Counted from the stretch's first letter, positions 38,468 through 52,345 are shown. The stretch: 64,000 nucleotides of DNA from Elsinoe ampelina (GCA_010093995.1 ML992522.1:1-64000); one strand, 5' to 3'. Numbers and translations are program-made. Notes: generated by a model from the sequence alone, not told the origin.

Positions 38468-40367
38468 ATGAATTTCCATCGCCAGGACATGTTTTATGAC
38501 AACCCCCCTTCTTATTCCCCTAATCCAAATCGCCTTCAATCTCAAGGTATCCATCAGTCTCCGCGTCCTGTCGATTCAGCTGCCAATTCCATCTCAGGCT
38601 TTTATCAACCTGACGACCAATCCTCACGATTCGACAATCCACGTTTTAACGATAGAATGACGGCCGCGACTAGGCACGGAAACTTTGCTCCTTACGACAT
38701 GGGAGCTCAGACGTGGAATGGAGGTGCTTTCGGTGGTAATGGTATCGGCTCCATGGGCGGAACACGTAGCATGAAGCCTCCATCGCGCGGCAGGAGTGCT
38801 CTCCCGACGGTATGTCAGATCAACAAATACCGCATGGCGATCGAATACTGATGCAAATTAGGGCTGGATGGACCAAGCACCACCTATGCCTGGCGTCCCA
38901 CCTTTTATGGGATTGGGTGGACACGGTATGGGCATCTCCCCTCATCGCGGTGATACACTCGGTTCCGACCTTGACGAAGAACTCATCCCGACTGCTATTG
39001 TCATCAAGAATATCCCATTTGCAGTCAAGAAGGAGCAGCTCGTTGGCATCATGACAGAACTCGGTCTTCCCCTTCCTTATGCCTTCAACTACCACTTTGA
39101 CAACGGCATCTTCAGAGGCCTGGCTTTTGCAAACTTCACATCCGCAGACGAGACTGCCAGCGTCATCGACATGCTCAACCACTACGAGCTTCAGGGCAGG
39201 AAGTTGCGCGTCGAGTACAAGAAGATGCTCCCTGCCGCAGAGAGGGAGCGCATCGAGCGCGAGAAGAGGGAGCGAAGAGGACAGCTTGAAGAACAACACA
39301 GACCCATGGCTGCTCCTACACTCAACACCCAGCCTTCTCTGTCATCCTTGTCTAATATCCCCGCAACTTCTCCATCTCCCGTGTCTGCTCGGGGACAAGT
39401 TTCTGGTATGCAATTCACTCTCTGTACCAGAGACGTTCGCTAACATATTCTAGCCGTCGACATGAATGACCCAGAGACTCTCGAGTTCTACACAAAGCTT
39501 GCCGTCTTCAAGAACACGCCGGATGAGGTTCTCATCCTTCCCCCTAATCTTACACCCCAGCAGCGCCGCATTGTGCACACTCTCGCCCACCACATGGGAC
39601 TTGCGCACATGTCCAAGGGTGTTGGCGAGTCACGTGCTGTTCATGTGTTCAAGTCGGCACCTGTCGAGCGTCTCAGCCCACCTGTTCCACAGCTGTCCGC
39701 CATCGGAAACGACCAGAGAAGGACCTTGAGCCGCGCTGCCACGACTGACTTCCACGATGTTCGCAACCAAGACAACGGCTTGTACGGTCTTCGTCAGCAA
39801 GGTTCGACTGGATTTCTGCCCCCATCCTTTCAGAACCCGAACAGCAACTTGTCTGCAAGCCAAAACCTTCGAGCAGCAAAGTCTTTCGCTGACCTGCGCT
39901 CTTACACACCTTCACCAGTCCCGTCGACTGCTAGCTTCCCGACAAGCCTGACCAATAATGTTCAGCGCATCCAGGAACAAGGCCGCGAGGCAGTCTCTGC
40001 TACCACTCCCACCATGCCTCAGTCGGCTGGTGGCTTCGGTGGTCGCGACGAAGGTCTCCTAGTCAACGGTCTCGGTAACCTCAACCTCGGAAACGGCTTT
40101 GGAAACAGCCCAAGGACTCTCCGAGGTATGGCCTCCTGGGATCGCGGCCACAACGATGGTCTCGGTACAATCGGTGGCCACCGCTCCTTTACAGCCAGCG
40201 CCACTGATGTTTCCACTGGCGGACAGAACATGCCCAGCAGGCAGCCTCGCGGTCCTGGTCTCGAACGTGGCACCGGCTTCTCTCGCCCCCGCCAGAACGG
40301 TCACATGACACGCGGCAGTGATGAGCTCTCTCAGCAATCTGCCAACATCGAATCTGCAACCGAGTAG
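38468..40367 (+). CDS. PIN4: RNA-binding protein with RRM and R3H domains (Cip2/PIN4-like), 3 exons
   Basis: IPTAIVIKNIPFAVKKEQL...YAFNYHFDNGIFRGLAFANF RRM; QQRRIVHTLAHHMGLAH R3H; introns near 38810-38861 and 39406-39453. Confidence 0.92.
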
Positions 40368-41165
40368 TTCTCCGTTGCAAACCTTGATGGAAACAACCTC
40401 GAATGGCTATGCATACGACACCTGCAGAACTCGCCCATCTGTACAAACCCGTCACGCCCACGAAGTAGACGAAGAATGACAACGACTACGACGCTACGAA
40501 AGTAGATCTCAACAAAGAGCATTTTGAGGGGTTCGATGTCCCCACCATCCTCAGCATTACATGTACTATTTTACGCGGAAAGATCATGCTGATATTTTTG
40601 GATACCTGTTTTCAACTCTCCTCCCTCCCCCGATTCGAAACGTACGATACCTGGACATTTGCAGACGGCGGACGCAAGACGTTTGTGGTGTAATGACGCC
40701 CGCCTTTGGGTCCGCTCTAATGCACCCCGATGCGACCCAAGGCCCATGGACGACAAAGATTGGCATATGAGATCAAGGAAAAGAAAAACATGGACATTGT
40801 CAATTTTGGTTTCGAGCACACTCAAAGACGAGATATCCACACCTGCACTAATCATATCCCAATGTATTGAATGTTTCTGAGCTTGTTTCCACATTGTTGA
40901 CCCCAGGATTTCTTCTTGTTCTTCTGCAGATACTCACAAACAGCCGAATCCATACCCTATTATGTATTGCTTGACATCCATGTCCTCAATTTTCCAGGCA
41001 TGCACAAAAACGTCACAACCATTTATCTCCGCGAATCTCCGAACGTGGATCTTCATCGCCAAGCTTCGACTTCAACTTTTCTGACCAGCCAGTCTTGACC
41101 AGACCACCTCCGCCTCCACACACACATACACTCTCCCTGTCAGAGCATAACATCACCTCTTCATC

Positions 41166-41539
41166 ATGGAGTCCCTCACCCAAACCTCTGCCCTCGACAA
41201 CCTCGACCCCACCAAGCTCTCCAACGCCGAGAAGCAAGACCTACAACAATTCGCCGTCTCCGAGAGCCAAAAGGCAAGATTACAATCATGTCAGTCACCC
41301 CTTCTTCCCTTTGCCCTCCCTTCCTCTCTCCCCATTTCGAGTCCATCAGCCACTGACCTCGACCGACAGCGATCCACAACCTCACCGATACTTGTTTCAA
41401 GAAATGCGTCACGGGCAAGATCACCCAGGGTCAATTGGACCGGTACGAGCAGCCTTGCATGCAGAACTGCGTGGATAGGTTCATGGATGCGAATTTGACG
41501 GTTCTGAGGCATTTGGAGACTATGAGGGGGAGGTCGTAG
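41166..41539 (+). CDS. TIM8: Mitochondrial intermembrane-space chaperone Tim8, 2 exons
   Basis: ELQQF-like ...ESQKARLQS|SIHNLTDTCFKKC...CMQNCVDRFMDAN twin CX3C; intron 41290-41369. Confidence 0.9.
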
Positions 41540-42025
41540 TGATCAAGGGAGGTAGAAGCGGGGGGGAAGGACGGTTGCGTCGGGAGAGGGGAGAGGGAGG
41601 AGGGGATAGGGGATGGAAGAGGTGGTGTACGATAGGATTGGATGGGTGAGGAGGTCGTGGAAGGACATGCTTGAGAGCAAACCAGTACTTCGGCACACGT
41701 GGACTGTCACGGCACTGCATCGGATCTCGACCTCTGCCATGCGAGCCGCGTGGGAGGTCTGACCACTTGGATGGTTCGCAGCTTCGAACGAGTATCACAT
41801 CGTGTACAGGAATGCATTTAGGACTTCTCAGCTTTAACAACCCTCCTTGCTCATCAAACGCTCATGGCCATGGACCCCGTAAAATTAGAATGCACACTTT
41901 CTTGAATGTCCGCCTGAGCAAACGCCAACAATGCTTCCATGATGCGATGGGTATCTGCACACAATGCTACTCCTCCCTCTGCTCCTTCCCCACCTGCCCC
42001 CTGACCCTCACTCACAACCAAGCCT

Positions 42026-44044
42026 TCACTCATACTCGGCCCTCACCTTCTTCGCCGCCCTCTTATTCGCCTTGAAATGCTTCTTCCCCCCACCCATGGC
42101 CATCTTCACATCCTCCGGATCCATATCCTTATCCAACGCAATCATCGTCCTCGCTTTCCTCCCGCTCAACTGCTTCCCGCCAATCGGTCCCACAGATTCC
42201 ACGTCCACTTGCCCTTGCTCCGTGTACTTGTGGTGGAACGGCATGTTCATCTGTCCTTTCCCCTGGCCAGGCGCGAAGAAGCGCTTGTCCAGCGCTTGCG
42301 TCTTGCGACCTTGCGGGATGACCGAGGGGAGGGGGACGACGTCGTCGCCGCCGGGAAGGGAGGATTCGACGCCTTCTGTTTCGGCATCCGAAAAGTCATC
42401 TTCTTCGACCTGCTTGCCTTTGCGGGGGACGCGGCCTTCGTAGAGACCAGCGTTGAAGTCGTGGCCGTCCCAGTCCGGTGGAGCTTCGCAGTAAAGCAGC
42501 TTGCCTTTGACAAAGTCCTTGAGGACGACGCGGGCTGCTCGTGACATGTCTGCTGCACCGCCTGCGCCGCCGGCTCGATAGCCTCGTGCTTCACCCAGCG
42601 CTCTGGCCACTTCTTCGCCGGTGGGGATGCCGGTGCCGCCTTCTTCTTCTGGTCGGACGTCGATCTTCATGCCGTATGTGCCTTCGAGCCAGAATTGAGG
42701 GACTCGTTGGGCGACGAGACCCATCGGTCCGGTCCATTCACGGAGCTGATCAATGGGTAGGACGCCGTTAACGACGAGTTCGGCTTTTGTGCTGGCAAAG
42801 TTGGGGAAGACGAGACCGGGGCAATCGCAGAGGACGATCCGTGATGATAAGTGGATGGTCTGAAAGTGCTTGGTCTTTCCTGGCGTGCTCGATACCGAAA
42901 CTCGTTTTGCGCCGAGGAGAGAGTTAATGGTGGAGGATTTACCGACGTTGGGATAACCGACAAGACCAATCTGAATCTTTCTGTCGGCCGGTTCGGCGAT
43001 GCGAGGAGCGTGGGCGAGGAAAAGTGCTTCGAGGTCGTCTGTCGTAAGAATGCGTGTTTGCTCGTCCATGGACAAGGGGATGCCAGCGTCCGAGTCCGAG
43101 TCGGAGACAGGTTCTGCGTCTTCGATATTGAGCTTCTCCGCCCGTTCTGCCACATGGCCGTCCTCATCCACCTCTTCATCCTGCTCAGCCAGATTGTCCG
43201 CTTCCACCTGCGCAGCAATATCCTTCTCCGGTATCTCCTCGTCGAGTCCTCTTGCCTCGTTTGCTTCCTTTGCCAGCTCCGCCGAGAAGAATCTGAACCT
43301 GATGCCAACTTTTGTGAAATACTCTGCCCATACCTTTCTCTGCTCGATGGTCATCATGTCTGCCTTATTGACCAGCAGTAAATTCCTCTTCCTCTTGTCT
43401 CCTTCCTTGACGTATGTCTCCAGATCCTCGCTGCGGAATAGCAGCGGGTTCCTTGCATCCACAATCTGCACCACCAGATCACTCCTCTCAATGACTCTCC
43501 ACAACTGTCTCCACACCTCCAAGTTCCTCTCGAATGGCGTCATGAGTAAATCCTGATTCTCTTGTACCTCGGCCAATCCTCTCCGCCACTCCAGTAAGCT
43601 CTCCCTCTCCATGCGGTCCAGTTCATCTCTCGTCGTGCCTTTGTCCCAGGGCGGCCGTCTCGGGATAGTCAGCCGCCCTCGATTCCGCTCTTGCTTCCTC
43701 ACTACTGCCCTCTCCTCGGCCGCTGAGAGTAGGTACGGATTCTTCTGATCCCTGTGGATAATCTTTACATTGTTCATCTTCTCCGCGGTGAAGTCTGTGC
43801 CTGCCAGCTCTGCCGTTGACAAGAACTCGTCGAGAGCAGCTTGCTCGGTGACGGAGCGCATCTTCATGTAAGCCGCATCTTTCTTGTTGTTGGTGATGTA
43901 GCGCTGGCCGTCTTCGCCTACACGGGCGATGCTACCGTTGGGAGTCGTGGTTTGGCGGTGCATCGAGGAACGACCTTTGCCGAAGCGGTCGTTCATGAGC
44001 GAGTTGCCCAGGCCGACCGAGTTTTTGGATTTGGCGAGCACCAT
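42026..44044 (-). CDS. LSG1: Large ribosomal subunit GTPase Lsg1
   Basis: TPFERNLEVWRQLWRVIERSDLVVQIVDARNP, NKAD, GYPNVGKSS, TPGKTKHFQT, DCPG (circularly permuted GTPase). Confidence 0.96.
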   Translation of the reverse strand: MVLAKSKNSVGLGNSLMNDRFGKGRSSMHRQTTTPNGSIARVGEDGQRYITNNKKDAAYMKMRSVTEQAALDEFLSTAELAGTDFTAEKMNNVKIIHRDQKNPYLLSAAEERAVVRKQERNRGRLTIPRRPPWDKGTTRDELDRMERESLLEWRRGLAEVQENQDLLMTPFERNLEVWRQLWRVIERSDLVVQIVDARNPLLFRSEDLETYVKEGDKRKRNLLLVNKADMMTIEQRKVWAEYFTKVGIRFRFFSAELAKEANEARGLDEEIPEKDIAAQVEADNLAEQDEEVDEDGHVAERAEKLNIEDAEPVSDSDSDAGIPLSMDEQTRILTTDDLEALFLAHAPRIAEPADRKIQIGLVGYPNVGKSSTINSLLGAKRVSVSSTPGKTKHFQTIHLSSRIVLCDCPGLVFPNFASTKAELVVNGVLPIDQLREWTGPMGLVAQRVPQFWLEGTYGMKIDVRPEEEGGTGIPTGEEVARALGEARGYRAGGAGGAADMSRAARVVLKDFVKGKLLYCEAPPDWDGHDFNAGLYEGRVPRKGKQVEEDDFSDAETEGVESSLPGGDDVVPLPSVIPQGRKTQALDKRFFAPGQGKGQMNMPFHHKYTEQGQVDVESVGPIGGKQLSGRKARTMIALDKDMDPEDVKMAMGGGKKHFKANKRAAKKVRAEYE

Positions 44045-44341
44045 GATTGCGACGGTAGAGGGAGTGGATTGCCGCGATTGGCAGTTTGGTAAAGAGGTGA
44101 AGTTTCGAGGATTGGAAATTCATGCAGAGCAGGCGGCGGGGCAATTCCGAAGTTTCACACCCGGCAGACGTCAGAGAAGCGTGAATGCTTGGCAAGGGTT
44201 CGCCCCTTCTGGTCCTTGTTAGTGCTGACGGGTTAACAACTTCAGAGTCACAATCTTCTCATGAAGCTGATTTGCATATGTACATTTTGATGATGATGAT
44301 TGAAATGTCTAGACAAGAAATCGCTGGCCACCCAATGCACG

Positions 44342-46178
44342 CTATGAACCGGCAACGTAAAGCTTTCCGTCATCACCTTGAGTAAAGGTCTCGAAACCCA
44401 CGCAGGGGTTGCACCAGAAGACGTTGGTGGGATCGTACTTCTTCTTGATGCTCAACAGTCTGTTGTACCTGAGCTCGCCGCCCCAGAAGGTCTTCTTCGG
44501 GTTGGGCTCTTGGTAGTTGGCCTCGTTCAGGTAGGCACCGGAGTTGACACTGAGTGGGTCGACCACGGGATTGATGACATTGACAATACGCTTGTGTGCG
44601 GCCTTGATGGCGACAGTATCGAGAGAGAAGCGGGCGGCACCTAGATCGACAAAGATAAAGTGCATGATGGCCGTTCTCCAGGCTGGGTTGAGACCAAAGT
44701 CGAGAGTGGTCAAGGCGTTCTTGGTGACCTGACCACCAAGAACAGGGTAGGGAAGGGCGTAGAATCCATTGCTGAAGAGAGTCTTGAGCAAGTTGGTGAG
44801 AGTTGCCTCATCCGAGAGACCCTTGCGGGAAAGGAGACGTGAGCCGAAGATGACATTACTAGGTTGAGTTTGGTTAGTGCCGACATTCCCATCGGTATTG
44901 GGCACGGCCAGGTCTGAAGGGTCAGAGATTACCACTGGTGTGACAGTGATGGAGGCGCCACGAGCTTTGACACCTTCGATGACGGGGGCGAGGAATGCAA
45001 GAATCTCGTCATTCGTTTTGCCAGCAGCAGTGAATGGACCAGAGAAGCTGTTTGGGAACAGGTTGGGGTACCCAGTAAGACCAAAGTCGACGAATTTGCC
45101 AGACTGTGTCAAGAAATAGGCCATCGCTTCAGCAAACCCTCCGGTGGTCGCGTTGGGGTTGGGAGTGACGGCAATGTTGGCGCAGCCCACGACAGAGAAT
45201 CGAGGGTAGGTCTTGATGGTGATCTTGGTAGTCACGCCGAATGTGCCGCCTCCACCACCGAGAAGAGCGCTGAAGAGGTCGGAGTAGCTGTTCTTATTCG
45301 CAGTCACGATGCGACCGTCTGGTAGAACAACCTCGTACTCCAGCACCTGATCGACACCCATACCAAAGTTGTTCGAGAGACGGCCGTGGCCTCCGCCTTG
45401 TATCCAACCACCACCTGCACCAACAGTCTGCCGTGTATCAGCTTGACTCATTCCGCTCTGGAAGTACTGGCACTCACACTGTCCGCGCCGCCAACGACTG
45501 TCACACCTCCCTTTCGTGCTGCGTCGTAGAGCTGCCCAAACTGGATCGCTGCGCCATACTGAGCCACCTTTTGCCCTTTGGCGCCGTAGCCCTGAGGGCC
45601 CGCGGGGAACCAGTTGTCGATGATCTGCACACCTTGCAGGCCATATGTCCAGATGCTAAGGGAGCCAGCTCCAAGGTTTCTATTTGGCATTAGATACTAC
45701 CAGACAATGTCTCCCAGTCTACCCACCTCCCCAAGAAGTCGTGACCCGTGTTCTTCACACTCAGCCGGAGGTTGAATTTCTTTGCGAACTTGATGCCCTC
45801 GCTGACGTGCTGCGCAGTCTTGGCCGCTACCACAAAGTTGGGATAAGCTCCAAGCTCACAAGTGCCACTGTCCGAAAGACTCGCGACACACTTGTTGCCA
45901 GACCACCAAGGTGCTTGGACCAGTAGAGGATCCTGTGGGACAAGAATGTCGTCGTTACTGAAGGAGGCGGCGGCCTTGCATGCTACCGGGTCGGAGATGG
46001 GAGGGTAGCATGCGCTGGCAATGAGCTTGCCGGCGACGAGGTTGCCCCCAATGGTAGCGTTGAGGGCATCCCAGTCGGCCTGTTTTGGGTAGGCGGCATC
46101 ACCCGGGTAGGTTTTTGCTACCTTTTGAGCAAGGGCTGGGGCCGTGAGAGGCAGTAATGACAGAAGTATAGAACGCAT
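44342..46178 (-). CDS. Secreted FAD-linked oxidoreductase (VAO/berberine-bridge-enzyme-like), 3 exons
   Basis: Signal peptide; KNTGHDFLGR flavinylation His; GGGHG, GGGGGTFGV; C-terminal GAYLNEA...RLLSIKKKYDP...CVG BBE motif. Confidence 0.92.
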
Positions 46179-47203
46179 CGTGGTAGTATCTGACCAGAGG
46201 ATGGAAAGCAGAATTCTCGGAGGGCCTCCCGATCATATATAAGAATCTGCCCACGCCTTACCTACCTGTAATATAGACGGCCTACGCCATCAAGTATCGT
46301 CGAGCAACCGAAAGGCACGACTCTGACAAACAAGCGGTACGGCCAATGGATGGCGAAACACGTCAAATGGGATGCGCAAATTGCGGCACTGTTCGGCGGC
46401 GCCGCTAGGGATTGACATGCGTGGAAGACTAGTAGAAAGTCGGCTCCGAGCCTCGGGCCAAAGAGGGAAGGAAGGGAAGGACGGTGCCTGTGATCTCCAA
46501 ATGATCTCCAGGCACGTCCAAGGGTCCATGCGCTGATACGGGAAACGAGACTACGCCGCATGCAATTTGTGGTTGCGACGACATTTTCAAGCCTCTTGTG
46601 GCAGGATGAGCAGCAACCAGTGGAGAGACTATTGGGCCTGCATGAGCTTGATCTCGGTGCCTCGGTACAGTATCCTGGAATCAAGCGAGGCTAGACCAGT
46701 CGGTCTGGTGATGGATTGCTTGACAGAGCTTGGAAGACGATACCAGCGCCAGGAAAGTTTAACCAAGAGGCACAGCTATACCCTGAAGAAGTACAGTACA
46801 GCAGTGGCTGCTGATACTAGCTGCTGGTAGGGTCGCATGCGCTGGCGGATCCAATATTGCATCCACCGGAGAAATGAGGCGAGCAACACATCTTTTTCCG
46901 AGCAGAGTAGTCTGAAGCGACAAGGCAACCTGCGGAACCTGGGGAATAGACATGCGTATTCACGCTCAGAGTCCAAAAAAACAAGGTCATGGCAAATTGC
47001 AAATGGCGGTGCTGGGACATTGATCTGCGCCGGTTGACCTGAATCAAGATTTTGTTTTCGCAGCATGTGGAATCTTGGCATTTTTCCCTCGCAATCACAT
47101 TTCGTCACGCTAGTCCCAATCAGGATCTCGGGCCTGTTCCTTGAATACCACATATCACGATCCATATATCTCCGTCTCGCAGAGCATATACCGAGGTTTG
47201 GCG

Positions 47204-49317
47204 ATGCGATTTGCTCTCTCGGTAGCTGCAAGACATACTGTCGCGCATGCATCGCGAGTGCAGCGCTCGACGGTTCTGAGACGGACCTTTGCCACCGTCT
47301 CTGACCACAGCACAAGGTTTGTTCAAAGGAGTATGCGTCTAAGCAAGACATCAGCTGACAGCAGCACAGTCCATACGATGTAGTCGTGATAGGTGGCGGC
47401 CATGCTGGCTGCGAGGCTTCAGCTGCAGCTGCCCGGACTGGAGCCAGGACAGCACTTGTAACACCATCTGTCGACAACCTCGGCGTGTGCTCATGCAATC
47501 CTTCATTCGGTGGCATCGGAAAGGGGACTATGCTTCGTGAGGTAGATGCGCTGGATGGAGTCGTCGGACGGATTGTCGACAAAGCTGGAGTGCAATTCCG
47601 TGTGCTGAACAGTCGAAAAGGTCCAGCTGTCTGGGGACCTCGGGCTCAGATCGACCGTGAACTCTACAAGAAACACATGCGCGAGGAGATCACCACCTAT
47701 CCTGGACTGAGTGTGCTGGAGGGTAAAGTTGCAGACATTATCGTCGACCACGAAGCGACCGGCGATGGATCACATGGTCAGATCAAAGGTGTACGTCTCG
47801 AAGGTGGTCAGGTCATCCCAACCAACAACGTTGTCATCACGACCGGCACCTTTCTGGGTGGCGAGATCCATATCGGTCTGGATGTGTTTCCGTCTGGACG
47901 AATGGGCGAAGCTGCCACCTTCGGACTGAGCAATTCTTTAAGAACAGCAGGCTTCAAGATGGGCAGATTAAAGACTGGTACGCCGCCACGACTATCTGCC
48001 AAAACTATAGACTTTTCACCCCTCGATGTCCAACCTGGCGACGATCCACCTACTCCGTTCAGCTACCTCAACTCCACTGTAGCTGTAAAGGACCAACTGA
48101 ATTGCTGGTCAACACATACCAACTCCGCCACCCACGATATCATTCGAGCCAACCTCGACAAATCCATCCACATCCGCGAAACTGTCAAAGGTCCTCGCTA
48201 CTGTCCCTCCATCGAATCCAAAGTCATCCGCTTCACCTCCAAACACTCCCACATCGTCTGGCTCGAACCCGAAGGCTTCTCCACCGACGTCATCTACCCG
48301 AACGGCATCTCCATGACCGTCCCAGCCGATGCCCAAGAAGCCATGCTTCGAACCATCCGCGGTCTCGAGAACGTCACCATGCTCCAACCCGGCTACGGCG
48401 TCGAATACGACTACATCGACCCGCGCTCCCTCCGCTCCACCCTCGAAACCAAACTCATCACGGGCCTCTTCCTCGCCGGCCAAATCAACGGCACCACAGG
48501 CTACGAAGAAGCCGCAGCCCAAGGCATCATCGCCGGCATCAACGCGGGTCTCTCCTCCCTCTCCCGGCCCCCACTCACCCTCACCCGAAGCGACGGCTAC
48601 ATCGGCATCATGATCGACGACCTCATCACAAAGGGCGTCTCGGAACCCTACCGCATGTTCACCTCGCGGAGCGAATACCGCATGTCCGCCCGCGCCGACA
48701 ACGCCGACACCCGGCTGACGCCCCTGGGTCAAGCGGCAGGAATCGTCTCCCCGGACCGGTGGTCCAGCTTCCTCTCCACCCAATCGCAGATGTCCGCGTT
48801 GAAAGAGACGCTGCAATCCCACCGCCTCTCGTCCCAGGCTTGGTCCTCCCACTCGTTCCCCGTGCGAGTCGACACGACGAAACGTTCGGCGTTCGACATC
48901 CTCCGTCTCCCGTCCGCGTCTCCTGCGCAACTCCTCCCCCTCATCCCCTCGCTCGCCCACTACTCCCCTGACATCCAACGCAGGGTGCACGTAGAAGCCA
49001 TCTACGCCCCGTACGTGGCTGCGCAGGAGGCAAGCATCCGCGCTTTCCTCAGGGATGAGGAGCTGGAGTTGCCGCGTGATCTGGACTATGAACGGGTGGT
49101 GGGATTGAGTTTCGAGGAGAAGAAGGTGCTTAGTGAGACGAGGCCGGAGAGTCTGGGCCAGGCGAGGAGGGTGGAGGGGGTGACGCCGAATGGGGCGTTG
49201 AGGTTGTTGGGGTGGGTGAGGAGGAGGAGGGGGAAGGAGGGGAAGAGGATTTGGGTGAAGGGGTTGGATGAGGTGGATGACGTTGGTGGGGTGAGGACTG
49301 GGGAAGTGGCGGTATGA
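47204..49317 (+). CDS. MTO1: Mitochondrial tRNA modification enzyme (MnmG/GidA family), 2 exons
   Basis: Arg/Ser/Ala-rich presequence; [60 protein letters not shown]. Confidence 0.96.
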
Positions 49318-49502
49318 GCACTTTGCATATTGACATGGGAAGCGGGGTGATTGTACTTTTAGAAAGCGCATACAGCGCGAGGATATCTCTGAGGAGACTA
49401 TTGTAGCATAAGCGACGAACGCCGCTCTGTCCATGACCAGTGCTTGTCATGTCCCACAACCCGAATTTTATTGCCATCACCACGAATTCCTGAGCCCTAT
49501 CT

Positions 49503-52345
49503 TTACAAGACTTCATCCTCCCCATCCCCACCACCCCTCATCTCCACCCTCCCCCTCCCATCATCCCTCTCCGCTTCACGTTCTTCAAACCTCTTCCTCC
49601 TCTCATCATCCCTCTTCGCCCTCCCCTCCTCCCTCTTCCTCTTCTCCTCTTCCTCATCCGCCCGAATCTCCTTCTCCACCTCTCCCACCTCTCTCAAAAC
49701 AGTAATCAACCCTTCGACACCCGCCTCACCACTCCTCGCCTCCTCCACCACCTTCTTCCTCCCCCACAGTCGCAGCCACTTTTCACCCCACAAACGAAGC
49801 AACGCCTCGTCCCCATCACTGACACCATCTTCTTGCATCCCTGACCCTGCGCCTTGGGAGACACCCCTCGCCGCGTCCTCAATCATGGTGAAGAGATCCA
49901 TCATGACCCCGCGCTCTCGCACCAGCGTATCCTGAATGACAGTCACGTGCGACTCGACGCCTTCCTGCGCCAAAAGTTCCGGGTTGGCTCGCGCGGCGGC
50001 AATGTCCCCCACTCGGCGAGCGACTTTGCCCATTGTGCCCCAAACCATTTCGAAGATCGAGTGCCGCGCGAGTCCTTTGCCGGCGTCGAGGTTGTCTTGG
50101 AGTGCCCATTCGACAACGCTTTGTGGTGTGACGATGGTGTAGTTGAGGAGTTTGTCGATGATGTTCACTGCCTGACCGGGCTGATAGGTCCAGTACGTGG
50201 CGACGGAGGAGATGATCTGTCGGCGGGCGGCATCGCTTTGGGGTCCGATGGCGAGGAGACGTTCTTGGTTCTTTTGAATCGAGGAGAGGATGTGGGAGAG
50301 AGACTTGGAGCCAATGTGGCAGATCGAGGTGATGAGGACGTCAGTGGAGGTGATTAGGCCATCCGCGCCTTGCTCTGCAGCAAGGGCAGAAACTTCATCG
50401 AGGATGGCTGCGATCTCGGCGTCACCAGCAGACTTGTCCTTGAGGACCGTCAGAAGCTTGGTACCCTGCTTGGAGTATGGTACGGAGGGGTCGGTAAACT
50501 TGAAGTCCGGCTGATCGTTGTATTGACCTTTGGCGATGGTGCTGGCGAAATCGGGAGGGAGGGAGTCGGCGATACGCTTGGGGAAGGACAGACGGATCTC
50601 CTTGTCGATGGCTGCAGTGATAAATGCCCGTCTGGGGTGAAGCAGCGAGGATGACAGCTCTGGCAACCATTCGGTCCACTTCCAGCGAAACTCGAAATTC
50701 GAGACGTGATGTGCAAACCAGTCTGTGAAGCGGTACACCAGCTCGAGATCGAGTTCTGGCAAAGTGCGAAAGGTAAAGCGGATAGCTCGACCGAGAGATG
50801 GGGCGATGGCACTGGGTGCAAGCTTGCAAGCCTCGGTGACGATTCCGTGGTAGAAGACCTGTTTGTGGGCAACATTCGGTAGAAGCATCAATTGAGAGAA
50901 GATGGCATCCACAGCGACATCCTCCGGCTTCCAGGTTGAACGACCTTGAGGGATCTCCTTGAGCTTGTCGAACGGCGTTGAACGCTTGACAAAGGTGTCT
51001 CGAGCCCAGTAATTGTCAAGATCAATAATAAACTTGCCGACATGGTTGCGGTTGAAGTCCAGTGCGTTGACCGTGTCGACCACAGCATCTCGAATGAGCA
51101 CCGAGGCAATGTTGGATGTGGGTGGGACAGATTCAACCTCTTGGTCTGCAAACACCGAGTAGTAGAGCTCCGGGTACAACGCCTTCTTGCCAGGAATGAC
51201 GATATCGGGAATGTTGATCGTCGGGAACGGATGTCTTGTGGGCTCTTCAGCCATGGCCGCATCCACATTTGCATCTCCATTGCCATTCGCGTCACCGTTC
51301 GAATTCCCATTCGAAGTACCATTGGCACCAGCCAAGACCGTCTCCATGTTGATCCTCGGCAAGCAAGCCAGAGGCCATCCATTCGCCGCCTCTTCTTGCA
51401 ACTGCTTCTGCAATATGCTCATAACATTCGGGCAAGGCATGACCTTTGGCTCGCCGTCCTTGCTCGGGTAAGGGTCGACCAGCGTCTCCAGATTATGGGG
51501 TGTCGAAGCCACGACTTCCGTCTTTTCCAACATCTCGTCCATCTTCCCAGCCAGTCCCTGCGCTTCATCCCCAACCATTAGGTACGGGATCGTCAGCAGG
51601 ATGACCTTGACCAGCTCCGGACCCAGCGTCTACCAACATCAGCACAATCCCTCACAACCATCATGACAAACTCACCTCCTCTGGGTTTGTACTCTGCAAA
51701 TCCACCGCTTTGTTAAAAAGATCCTCCAAAACAGCCACCACTCCCTCCTCAACCACCCCACCAATCGCCCCCAAAAACCTCAACCCCAACTTCACCCCCT
51801 TCCAATCCCCCCTCCTTATCGCCCTCTCAACCACCACCCCCGCCCTCTCGACCAAATCCGCCACCACCTCGGGCCTCTTCGCATTCACCCCCCTGACAGC
51901 GGCCGCAACATGCAGCACCTTGCACGGCTGCTCCACGACCAGACTAAGCGCGAGATCGCAAAACGTGTCGCGCACAAAGTCATCCCCGCTGTTCTGCACG
52001 ACGATGGATACGATCTCGCTGATCTCGGTTTCGGGAGCGACAAAGGCCGCGTCGGCGAGGGTGAGGAGCTTTTTCCGCAGGCGCGTGCCGGGGGGGTCGA
52101 AGCGGCGGCGTTGTGGCGGGCGGGAGGGGGCGTCGTCGTCTACGAGGTGATGTCAGTCACGGGGGAATCAAGGTGATGGGATATGCGGGCGAATGCGTGT
52201 CGGGCTTTGCGAAGAGCAGTGAGGTCGCGGACTGGGGAGGTAGTGAGGGCTGCGTGGACGTACCATTGAAGCGGCGCTTGCGGTTACCGCCTCCGCCGTG
52301 GTAGGGACGGCCGCCGCCGTGGTACTGTCGGTCTGTGTCGCCCAT
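49503..52345 (-). CDS. STO1: Nuclear cap-binding complex large subunit (CBP80/Sto1), 3 exons
   Basis: N-terminal RKRR NLS; MIF4G-like region; IAPSLGRAIRF, DWFAHHVSNFEFRWKWTEW, KEIRLSF. Confidence 0.92.

Noticed and set aside
28453..46178. Laccase and BBE-like oxidase as members of the PKS-NRPS cluster
   Set aside because: Separated from it by RFX and several housekeeping genes; no supporting evidence.
48102..49434. Long overlapping ORFs (289 aa +, 441 aa -) within MTO1
   Set aside because: Shadow frames caused by extreme C/G third-position bias.
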